From positions 96,001 through 160,000 of IMG/VR virus record IMGVR_UViG_3300005613_000006: 64,000 bases of DNA; one strand, 5' to 3'. The stretch is from a virus. Every line of letters begins with the position of its first letter. Within the stretch, counting starts at the first letter, position 1. A model generated the notes under the pieces. That model made no database searches, was not told the origin of the DNA, and saw nothing but the letters and a program-made list of their open reading frames with translations. Below are positions 56,243 through 64,000 of this stretch, piece by piece. The position numbers were made by a program, and so were the translations under genes.

Positions 56243-56840
56243 TGGATACCTCCCAATCGGGAACATAGTTCATGGACTCTTCGACGGTGACCTTTGGCAC
56301 CATTTGAGTATAATCGAAGAACATCCAACGTCTTAATGTATCGCACTCTGGTGCTGTGTGTACCAAGTATAGATACGTCTTGATTTCATCCCAACTACCA
56401 AAAAGGTGGCAGTGTGGAAATGTCCCAACCAACCAGTCGGGAACTTGTTTCTTTCCTCCCTCAATATGAATCAGCGTCGGGTTCTTTAAGCGATTGCCCC
56501 AGAACGCTTCTTCATACGTACCACAGGCATGAACCTCAGGGTCAATGTTGACTATCAGGAAGTCAGACATATCCACCATGCGAAGGTCTACAACTCGTAG
56601 TAACTTGATTTCTTTAGCAAGTGTTTCCCACTGGCCTATTTCCTTTAGGTGCCGCCTACGGTTTCTGTCCTCAATTCCCTCAAGTCCAATACTAATAGGC
56701 TTTCTGGTTGGGTCTAAAACCACAATACCCAACTTATCCAAAAAAGGTGTTATGTCTCGTCGCCATCCTACGCCGTGGTCAAGAGCCCGGTCCATTGCTC
56801 CGATGAGGTAGCAGCGCATCCCCCAAAGTCTGTGATTCAT
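56235..56840 (-). CDS. nucleoside 2-deoxyribosyltransferase-like protein
   Basis: YLIGAM, DLRMVD, GTYEE. Confidence 0.75.
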   Translation of the reverse strand: MNHRLWGMRCYLIGAMDRALDHGVGWRRDITPFLDKLGIVVLDPTRKPISIGLEGIEDRNRRRHLKEIGQWETLAKEIKLLRVVDLRMVDMSDFLIVNIDPEVHACGTYEEAFWGNRLKNPTLIHIEGGKKQVPDWLVGTFPHCHLFGSWDEIKTYLYLVHTAPECDTLRRWMFFDYTQMVPKVTVEESMNYVPDWEVSNE

Positions 56841-56841
56841 C

Positions 56842-57021
56842 TTACAACTCCCGAAAGGCTTTTTTCAACGCTGTCCAAAAGACGCTGAACCTACTTGGTC
56901 CTGTACATTTCCCAATTTCTTCATAAATACGCTTCGGACAGTCTGGGGTACACCCTCTGTATTGAGTGCTACAACCGCTAGCGTGAAATCTCCAAAACTT
57001 GTATGGAACACGCCACTTCAT
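56842..57021 (-). CDS. small hypothetical protein (59 aa)
   Basis: MKWRVPYKF...CSTQYRGCTPDCP; ATGA coupling. Confidence 0.5.
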   Translation of the reverse strand: MKWRVPYKFWRFHASGCSTQYRGCTPDCPKRIYEEIGKCTGPSRFSVFWTALKKAFREL

Positions 57022-57272
57022 ACAACGTCATCCTTTCTTTCTAAATGGGTAATTCGGTCTTCTAGCTTCTCCCACAGGGTAATAAGCTGGTTTACGGTGT
57101 CCGTACACTCTGCATATCGTCGGCGCATAAACTGTATGACCAACATCGCGTCCGTGATACGGCCCTCAAGCCGATTTATCCGGTCTCGATAGCCCTGTAG
57201 ATAGGCATGGAGTACCTCCATTTGACTATCACTGAGCATCAGGCCCAGATTTTCAAGTTCTTCTGGTCCCAT
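57018..57272 (-). CDS. coiled-coil hypothetical protein
   Basis: Follows TTGACA-N16-TATAAT (about 57276-57303), possibly leaderless. Confidence 0.55.
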   Translation of the reverse strand: MGPEELENLGLMLSDSQMEVLHAYLQGYRDRINRLEGRITDAMLVIQFMRRRYAECTDTVNQLITLWEKLEDRITHLERKDDVV

Positions 57273-57308
57273 TGTATTATAGCACACGAATTGAGTTTGT
57301 CAACCTCG

Positions 57309-58490
57309 TTAGTCTCTTATTCCCATCCTTCGTAGCGGAGCATATGGGATGGCTTCGCGTTTTCCGCAGAAACCTATAACCGATTTGGGGTTAAGGTCGC
57401 CTGGCACAAGAGGAATCTCTGCCAACACATGGTTCAAATCCCAGGCTCCGGTTTTGAGATAGTAAACTACCAGATTAGTCTTCACGTTCTCCAAAATAGC
57501 AAACGAACACTCATTGGTTTTTTCTACAAGTAGGTCAACATCAATGTTGCTAACCACTTCCTCATGCCAACTCTCTATCAATCGTCGTCGTAAATCTTCG
57601 GTTGGCAAGTCAAAGTGTATAACCTCGTCAATGCGACCAGGACGTTTGAACGCTGGGTCGAGATTTTGAATGTCTTCATTGGTGGTGAAGATGCGAACCA
57701 CCGCGCCCTTATTCTCCCCTATGCCATCGAGCGCCGATAGCAACGCGCAGGCCATGCGTCCATCGCCCCCTGCTTTGCGATTCAGGTAGGCTGTGTCAAT
57801 ATCATCGAAGAAAAGTACATCAGCCGAGTTAACCACGTACTGTAAACTGTCTCCAGAAAAACCTTCTTCCAAAGCCGATGCTGACACGGTATCGTAGGTC
57901 TTGTTGTGTAATCCACACAAGCCCTTGATGTAGTTACACAACATCGTCTTACCGTTCCCAGGAGGCCCAGTAAATAATAGCCCGCGCCCCGCCCTAACAG
58001 CATATTGCTTTAAGCGGCGGCGGTTTTGTAGGAAGCGGATTGAATTGTCCAACGCGGTCTCCAACACCCCATCTGCCAAAACGGGTTTGAGTATGTTCGC
58101 CTTGACATACTGCTGACGTGACAGTTGATGATGCTTGATTATCGCCCTGAGTTTGCCTCGCTTGTAGACCAGAAATGTGTATAGGTAGTTGTAACCCGTT
58201 GGGTCGAGCAGAGTGACTATCAAGTATTGGGCTTCGCCTGCCTGATACTTGGCCACTCCAAAAATCTTAGTCCCCTGCTTCATAATCGGCAAGTCTCCCA
58301 ACTGAGTGATTGAAACACGCCGGTCGTTGTAGTTCTCTGTCCTGTTGTGTTTGTAATAGTCGGAACCCAACCAGTCACTAGTTCGGTCGGGAGTCATAAG
58401 GATACACAAGTCTTCTTCCTTACATTCCAACTCTTGGGCAAACTGGGGTAAGTATTCATTCAGTCGTATCTTGTGTTCCATTTTGTTCAT
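57309..58490 (-). CDS. AAA+ ATPase
   Basis: GPPGNGKT, FFDDID, TTN, RPGRID. Confidence 0.92.
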   Translation of the reverse strand: MNKMEHKIRLNEYLPQFAQELECKEEDLCILMTPDRTSDWLGSDYYKHNRTENYNDRRVSITQLGDLPIMKQGTKIFGVAKYQAGEAQYLIVTLLDPTGYNYLYTFLVYKRGKLRAIIKHHQLSRQQYVKANILKPVLADGVLETALDNSIRFLQNRRRLKQYAVRAGRGLLFTGPPGNGKTMLCNYIKGLCGLHNKTYDTVSASALEEGFSGDSLQYVVNSADVLFFDDIDTAYLNRKAGGDGRMACALLSALDGIGENKGAVVRIFTTNEDIQNLDPAFKRPGRIDEVIHFDLPTEDLRRRLIESWHEEVVSNIDVDLLVEKTNECSFAILENVKTNLVVYYLKTGAWDLNHVLAEIPLVPGDLNPKSVIGFCGKREAIPYAPLRRMGIRD

Positions 58491-58492
58491 GG

Positions 58493-58924
58493 TCAGTCTC
58501 CTGTTGAACCAAATCCACCTATTCCGCGTTCGGTTTCATCTAAGGAAGTGACTTCTTGGATTTGTACGATTGGCACCGGGACAACAATACCCTGTACGAT
58601 TTTGTCACCGCGTTCTATGACGCGACCGTTCTGGTCGAGGTTAATCAAACACACCTTCCACTCGCCTCGATAATCACAGTCAATGACTCCCGCAATGACA
58701 TGTAGACCACCAGTAACGGCCATACCGCTCCGGTCGCAAAGCAACACTCCAAACCCCGGTGTGATTGCTGTCTCAATGCCAAGTGAAATGAGTTCTCGCT
58801 TGCGCGGCCAGATTTTCTTGGTCTCGGCGGCAAAGAAGTCGATACCAAAATCGTTCTCATGCGCCTTCACTGGTAACTTACTGTGTTCCCACAGTCGTTT
58901 CACTTTCATATCTACAAGCATCAA
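58493..58924 (-). CDS. dut: dUTPase
   Basis: RSG, GVIDCDYRGE, RGIGGFGSTG. Confidence 0.95.
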   Translation of the reverse strand: MMLVDMKVKRLWEHSKLPVKAHENDFGIDFFAAETKKIWPRKRELISLGIETAITPGFGVLLCDRSGMAVTGGLHVIAGVIDCDYRGEWKVCLINLDQNGRVIERGDKIVQGIVVPVPIVQIQEVTSLDETERGIGGFGSTGD

Positions 58925-59490
58925 AGACTCCTGATAAATGTTAGCGTTTCAGTAAAGTCTGCGTATTGCTTTTTCAACCGCTTTGCTTTGTTTTCAACGC
59001 TGGCTACGTTGACATTCAACTCCCATTCTTTGATGAGATTTCTCAACTGGTCGTTAGAAAGGTAAGTACATCGCAAACGAATTTCCCCATCATCAAACAT
59101 TAGTTCAGCAGAGGCGTCACCTTCTGACCATATCTGATAGTTACCGTAGAAGTGGCCACACGAACTTACGTCAAAAAGTTTGGCGATGGCATCACACTTT
59201 GAATCGTTAAGATGAGTGTTTGCTTCAAAAGTGGTAACCATATTGGTGTGTTCTGCTAGATTCCACACCAACACCTTGAATATACCACGTTCTTTTGCTA
59301 GGGCTGCGCGTATGTTATTCCTGCGCTGTATCACCGTTGCTTGTTCGGCATAAAGTTGTTCCTGCTTCTTCTCTATGTCTATAAGTTGGATGTTCCTGAG
59401 CCCAAGTTCTTCCTCCAAGTGCATGTCAAAACTCCTCAAAGATTTCGTCTTTGTCCATTTCTTCCCAACATCTATGTCCACACACTTCAC
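58921..59490 (-). CDS. hypothetical protein
   Basis: ORF. Confidence 0.55.
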   Translation of the reverse strand: MKCVDIDVGKKWTKTKSLRSFDMHLEEELGLRNIQLIDIEKKQEQLYAEQATVIQRRNNIRAALAKERGIFKVLVWNLAEHTNMVTTFEANTHLNDSKCDAIAKLFDVSSCGHFYGNYQIWSEGDASAELMFDDGEIRLRCTYLSNDQLRNLIKEWELNVNVASVENKAKRLKKQYADFTETLTFIRSL

Positions 59491-60022
59491 AGTTGTCAGG
59501 ACACATGATATGCTTCCGGCGCTTGTCTACTTTGACGCCAGCCGAGGCTACTCGCAGCCGCGTTCGCGGCCTGGGTATCGACGGGTCGATAGATTCGCGG
59601 ATACTGACGTTGGGTAGCCCGTTGAGTCGATATAAGGCCCCTACGAGGTCCACACTGCGCGTTGTGGTGCGGAATAGGACTTCGGGGCAGGCTCGCGCGA
59701 TTCTAAACCACTTGTTGACGTATGGCTCAGAGTAGAAGTCCCCGCTCACATGAATACGAAAGTAGCGAACGCCACTCTTCTTGATTTCAGCTATCATGCG
59801 GGTTTCAAAGTCGCTTTGCTTGCTTGCCTCGTACCGGCGCTCGAAAGATGCTACGACATTGGGCCACGTTAGCCGCCCACGTAACGCATAGCAGCGAGGC
59901 TTACCAGCTTTGCCCTTCAAACACCACTTGGACGGCCTACAAGTCTTGACTGGCGGCAGACTAAACGTAGCGACGTTCGGCCCCATTTTCTGGTTGCCGA
60001 TTCCAATGAGTTTGTTTGACAT
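59426..60022 (-). CDS. Gp88-like (radical-SAM-related) phage protein
   Basis: FSLPPVKTC...CYA, RIHVSGDFY. Confidence 0.75.
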   Translation of the reverse strand: MSNKLIGIGNQKMGPNVATFSLPPVKTCRPSKWCLKGKAGKPRCYALRGRLTWPNVVASFERRYEASKQSDFETRMIAEIKKSGVRYFRIHVSGDFYSEPYVNKWFRIARACPEVLFRTTTRSVDLVGALYRLNGLPNVSIRESIDPSIPRPRTRLRVASAGVKVDKRRKHIMCPDNCEVCGHRCWEEMDKDEIFEEF

Positions 60023-60035
60023 GACTTCCTCTCAT

Positions 60036-60076
60036 AAAAAAGACCCTACGGCATCAACCACAGACACCGTAGGGCC
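60036..60076 (-). terminator. intrinsic terminator
   Basis: CCCTACGG/CCGTAGGG hairpin followed by T-run. Confidence 0.65.
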
Positions 60077-60173
60077 GTTCTCCGAACCTCATCACGGGAG
60101 ATTACCATGCGCAACCACGGTGTTCACCTATGCTTCAAAAAAACGATGTTTCTCAAAATCCAACTGACCACTT

Positions 60174-60506
60174 TTAGTTGTCGGCTTCATGGTGTAGTTT
60201 GGCGTGGCAGTTTAAGCAGTACACGTCACACTTCGCTATCTCAGCAAGGATACGTTCGATGCTGAAACACCTATTTACCATTACTGCGATTCCCATTTCC
60301 TTTTGAGCCGGGTCTCGATGGTGAAAGCACAAGCACGCTGGATGGTTTTCGCCACATTCCTTACATTGCTTGTCTTTCTTGTATTCTCTCAACCACGCCC
60401 ACTTCTTTTTCCTCAGTTTGGCTTTATTGGTGGCGTAGTTGGTCTTGTTGGCCTCATAGTGCTTCTTGCTTAATTCTCGGCGCTTCTCAGGGTCTTTGTA
60501 TGGCAT
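60174..60506 (-). CDS. small HNH endonuclease
   Basis: CLCFHHRD...KCDVYCLNCH. Confidence 0.88.
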   Translation of the reverse strand: MPYKDPEKRRELSKKHYEANKTNYATNKAKLRKKKWAWLREYKKDKQCKECGENHPACLCFHHRDPAQKEMGIAVMVNRCFSIERILAEIAKCDVYCLNCHAKLHHEADN

Positions 60507-60589
60507 CGGAGCCTCCTGATTTGGGGTACACTACATTATACACCAAATCAGACTGCAAAGAAGTCTTGAACCCCTAAGTTTCTAAAAAG

Positions 60590-60664
60590 GCCCGCCGAAA
60601 GGGTGTCGAACCCCTCACCACGACTCGCGCGTTGTGGTGGTGTGTCCACGCTACACTCGACGGT
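60590..60664 (-). ncRNA. tRNA-like RNA
   Basis: CCGTCGA/TCGGCGG acceptor, T arm, 15-nt central loop. Confidence 0.45.
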
Positions 60665-60766
60665 TGTGACACTAGGGAAGACGTGCGCCCGCCTCCCCTA
60701 GTGTTTGATTCACTGCGCTTGTCCAGCTATTCCAAAAAAAGCGATTCAATTACGCAAAGCATTAAA

Positions 60767-60866
60767 GACGACAAAACGATGCTGGGAAGTGTGCTTAAAC
60801 CTCCTTCGGTTTTGCTGGATTCGCGACTCTTTTCGTCATTTGCATGTAATCCCAACTACATTCGCC
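60767..60866 (-). ncRNA. Y RNA-like RNA 5, immediately downstream of Ro60
   Basis: GGCGAATG...GGGATTACATG / TTCCC...TTGTCGTC. Confidence 0.72.
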
Positions 60867-60922
60867 TGCCCGCTACCCTGGTCGGCTTGAATCTACCGGC
60901 CAGGGCGACAATATGCGGGCGA

Positions 60923-62494
60923 TTAGTCTCCTGAGTAGTTTTCCACGATGGAAACAAAGTCTTCGCCGCTTTCACGGTTGAAGAAGTCGTCCATCACGGT
61001 GAATACGGCATCGCTGAAACCACCCACGTTCAACACAACGCCTTCGCGTTCTGGTGTCTGCGTGGTAGTGTTTGGCGTAATGTCGATGTTCACCAACTTA
61101 CTCTTTGGGTTTCTACTGTGGAACTCAGTCCACTCTTGGGCCGTACCGCCTCGACCACCATGACGACCAAACCAACTTTCGTTGTCCGATACGTAGATGA
61201 TGTTCTCAGCCTTGGCTCTTGTGTTGTTCAAGTGTCGTAGTGGAACCGAGCAGTCGGTTCCCCCACCACCAAAGCTGCGCAAGGTCTGCGCATTGGTCAT
61301 AACACTGTCAAACGGGTTCAAGTGTGCATTGTACAAACGGTTGTCGAATGGCATGATGCTGGCGTTCTTGTTTTGACGGAGTACGCACACTGCGAACAGG
61401 GCGGCTACGTCAACACACTTGGTAACGCTGTACGAACCAGTACGACGGCCCATTGCAACCCAACTCATTGAGCTTGACACGTCCACACCAACCACAGTGC
61501 GGCCTCGGAAGGTCGGCACGTTTTCCGTAGCAATTTCCATAGCTTCCTGCAAGGCGTTACTGATACGGCTGTCGATGGTCACGTTTTGGTACGTGGTCAA
61601 CAGTTGGTATGGGAAGACGTTGCACTGGCGAACCAATTCTGGATTGGCCAACTTCGCGGCCACTTCGTCCACAAATGCGCTGCTACCGAACACACCACGC
61701 TTTTCGAGCATGTTCAAGTTCATACGCAAAGTGTTCCAGGGCATGTTGCGAGCAATGTCACGCCATGCGTTGACACCCAACTTCAAGTTCGTCAAAGCGC
61801 GAAATGGAACGTCTGGGATTTCGTACTCATCTGGCACGTCACCCATTTCCTTCAACGCTTCAAACTGTTGAATGTCTTCTGGTAGGTACTGGTAGTTTTC
61901 GTCGCTCAACTTACCAATCAAGTACGAGAACATAGCTTGCTGTTCTCTACCCACTGGACGTGGGTGTACCATCTTGATAGCATCGGCAAGCGACGGGTTG
62001 CTGTGACCTACGCTGGCGATGTACAGCTTGTACGCACTGCGGTCTTGCAGCCATCGCTGGATGCAACGCTTTACGGCAGTACCAAAGCTACGTCGGCCAA
62101 CGGCACCACTACGAATCAAGTGCATGAAGTTCAACAGCATCTTGCTGTTGTTACACACACGATTGAAGATGGTCTTGACCAACTCGGTTTCGCCTCTGGC
62201 GGCTAGAGTAGCCAACAGGTAAGCAGGAACGTCCTTCATTCGACCAACCTCACGGCTGTAGACCGCTAGCTTGGCCAAAAACTCTGACGAACATTCGTTT
62301 GCCAGCGCTTGGATTTCCTTGACTTGTTCACCGGCGCTGACATAGAAGGTGTTGCTGAACGTACCAGTTACGGCGTACTGTGCCAGGGCATGTTCGTTGG
62401 TCTTGCTGTACGCAAGGCCACCAGCGTGATTTCGCGTGTCTGGACGAGGCGTGTTACGCGAACGACAACGGTTTCTGAAAAGATTCTTGTTCAT
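60923..62494 (-). CDS. rsr: Ro60/Rsr TROVE-domain RNA-binding protein
   Basis: NHAGGLAY, TROVE core, vWA DVSSSM...GGGTD...SDNESW. Confidence 0.93.
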   Translation of the reverse strand: MNKNLFRNRCRSRNTPRPDTRNHAGGLAYSKTNEHALAQYAVTGTFSNTFYVSAGEQVKEIQALANECSSEFLAKLAVYSREVGRMKDVPAYLLATLAARGETELVKTIFNRVCNNSKMLLNFMHLIRSGAVGRRSFGTAVKRCIQRWLQDRSAYKLYIASVGHSNPSLADAIKMVHPRPVGREQQAMFSYLIGKLSDENYQYLPEDIQQFEALKEMGDVPDEYEIPDVPFRALTNLKLGVNAWRDIARNMPWNTLRMNLNMLEKRGVFGSSAFVDEVAAKLANPELVRQCNVFPYQLLTTYQNVTIDSRISNALQEAMEIATENVPTFRGRTVVGVDVSSSMSWVAMGRRTGSYSVTKCVDVAALFAVCVLRQNKNASIMPFDNRLYNAHLNPFDSVMTNAQTLRSFGGGGTDCSVPLRHLNNTRAKAENIIYVSDNESWFGRHGGRGGTAQEWTEFHSRNPKSKLVNIDITPNTTTQTPEREGVVLNVGGFSDAVFTVMDDFFNRESGEDFVSIVENYSGD

Positions 62495-62554
62495 AGGATT
62501 TCTCCCTTCATTCAGCAAAAGTCTGACAAAATTTCCTGGGCCTAAAAGCCCAAC

Positions 62555-62588
62555 ATTATAGTATACACCGAGCAGAGCCGTTTGTCAA
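62555..62588 (-). promoter_or_regulatory. sigma70-like promoter for rsr
   Basis: TTGACA-N17-TATACT(ATAAT). Confidence 0.7.
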
Positions 62589-62589
62589 C

Positions 62590-62775
62590 TTACCGGCCAG
62601 TAATATCGTCCAAATAGTTCCGCTGCCACTTGTGACCCCAGTAAGTGGAGCTTTTTGAGGGATTTTCCTGCTCATCTTTTTCCTCTTCACGTACTTTCAG
62701 CCATCCGAGGACGACTCCGACCGCGATTACGAGTAGAAAAACGATGTAGGCTCCGTATCCAAGTTGAGGGTCCAT
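62590..62775 (-). CDS. small membrane protein
   Basis: TM helix. Confidence 0.55.
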   Translation of the reverse strand: MDPQLGYGAYIVFLLVIAVGVVLGWLKVREEEKDEQENPSKSSTYWGHKWQRNYLDDITGR

Positions 62776-62776
62776 G

Positions 62777-63178
62777 TTACACCTGTGTGGTTACTAAGTG
62801 TTTGATAAACTCGTCCATGTCCCCACCGAAAGCGCCATCATGGAGCGCCCGCTTGATTTTCTTCACGGCTTCCGGCTTTTTGAAGCCCAGGCCCATCAGG
62901 GCGTCGATTGCGGGCTCAAATTCGACCAAATCGGCCTTTTTTGGAGCCACTGGCGCAACTACGGCGACCGGAACGGCCTTCGGCGCGGCCTTGGCCTCTT
63001 TTTTGTAGACTACCTTGCCTTTGATACACTCAATGAGGTCAAAATCCAAGATTTGTCCACATTCACACACGCCTTTGTCAATAATTTGAACTTCTCGCAT
63101 CGACCGCCACGTTTCAGCGTTGCATTTTGGGCAGAAGTAGACAAAATCGTGTTCAACTCGCTTTGGTTTAAGTCCCAC
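62777..63178 (-). CDS. Zn-ribbon + RuvA C-terminal-like domain protein
   Basis: CPKC/CECG; AIDALMGLGFKKPEA. Confidence 0.75.
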   Translation of the reverse strand: MGLKPKRVEHDFVYFCPKCNAETWRSMREVQIIDKGVCECGQILDFDLIECIKGKVVYKKEAKAAPKAVPVAVVAPVAPKKADLVEFEPAIDALMGLGFKKPEAVKKIKRALHDGAFGGDMDEFIKHLVTTQV

Positions 63179-63693
63179 TAGTCCGACTCCTGTTCAGCAA
63201 CCTTCTTTTTCTGTTGTTCTTCCAATCGGGTCTTCGCATTCTGCTGCCTCCACCAAATCATGTACTTGATGGCGGCTGGCAGTGTTCTAAACCGATGCCG
63301 ACCGGGACATAAATCCCAACTGCCGTCCCTACATTTCATCATCAGTGCGTATGGCGGTGATTGAGGGTTAATCCCCATGAAGGTCTCACCGTGCCGAATG
63401 CGGAAGTTCCCACAAGTGCTGTCCCACGACTCGGATTCGAGGCCATAGTATTTTTCTCGGCTTTGAATCTCCACAGGGTCAGTACACTCTGAGATAAACT
63501 GCATCAGATACGGCAAATTCTCGGATTTTGCAGAGATAGACCGGGCTTCTTTGGGTGAGACAAGGGTAGCAGGGTTAATGTCAGGATAGGCTATGCCTTG
63601 AATGATGAAACCAGCACCACATGCTGGGCAATGTCTTGACCTGGGGCCTACAGCGTGCCCACATTTCTTACAGTTTTTGTGTCCTTTTGGCAT
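63178..63693 (-). CDS. Zn-finger hypothetical protein
   Basis: MPKGHKNCKKC...CPAC. Confidence 0.6.
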   Translation of the reverse strand: MPKGHKNCKKCGHAVGPRSRHCPACGAGFIIQGIAYPDINPATLVSPKEARSISAKSENLPYLMQFISECTDPVEIQSREKYYGLESESWDSTCGNFRIRHGETFMGINPQSPPYALMMKCRDGSWDLCPGRHRFRTLPAAIKYMIWWRQQNAKTRLEEQQKKKVAEQESD

Positions 63694-64000
63694 GCTAAAT
63701 AAGCTCAAAAAGTGGCAAATTCCTATCAGGACTAATTCTCGCAAAGGTCGTCCAAATACCCATCCAGCATCGGCTAAAAGCGGTCTACTGGGTTCTATAT
63801 TCGGTTCTTTGACTGTTGTATCTTACGTACATGGTGGATGTTTGTGTCGTTGTGCTTGTGGTCAAGACAAAATTGTAACACCAGCAAGGTTGTTGAATGG
63901 TAGTTACAAATCTTGTGGATGTGCCAAATTTCGACGTGGCCCTGACAGCCCACAATGGAAAGGTTACAAAACTATTCCCAAACAATACTTTCTATCTCTC
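63692..64000 (+). CDS. HNH-type homing endonuclease (partial; start uncertain)
   Basis: FGSLTV...CRCACG...KSCGC...PQWKGY, similar to 19059-19622. Confidence 0.7.
   Translation, partial: MLNKLKKWQIPIRTNSRKGRPNTHPASAKSGLLGSIFGSLTVVSYVHGGCLCRCACGQDKIVTPARLLNGSYKSCGCAKFRRGPDSPQWKGYKTIPKQYFLSL

Overview
This window is part of a large (jumbo-type) phage genome and is almost entirely encoded on the minus strand. The host is probably a Planctomycete, inferred from a TatA and Pro/Tyr/Gly-rich secreted proteins. It carries DNA-metabolism genes (intein-containing RecA/UvsX, ThyX, class II RNR, dCMP deaminase, dUTPase, SSB), two sigma-like factors, ClpP, GroES and about 13 glycan-modifying enzymes. A dispersed array of about 44 tRNA genes is interleaved with about 16 small free-standing homing-type endonucleases, most preceded by a GGTGTATAAT promoter motif (21 exact copies found by eye). 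The most striking content is non-coding. (1) A phage-encoded minimal RNase P RNA (27871-28193) has an intact catalytic domain, but its specificity domain is replaced by one long hairpin that overlaps a small ORF with its own ribosome-binding site. (2) A tmRNA (54683-55538, tag AEYNGILACAA) is interrupted inside pseudoknot 1 by a 563-nt endonuclease cassette, looped out by a 25-bp inverted repeat rather than by a self-splicing intron. (3) A Ro60/TROVE gene is accompanied by five dispersed Y-RNA-like genes that share a Ro-binding stem but carry different modules. (4) There are several aberrant tRNA-like RNAs and a large GOLLD-like structured region. Together these suggest a phage-encoded kit for tRNA maturation, RNA repair and ribosome rescue. 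All calls were made by eye; coordinates may be off by a few nt.
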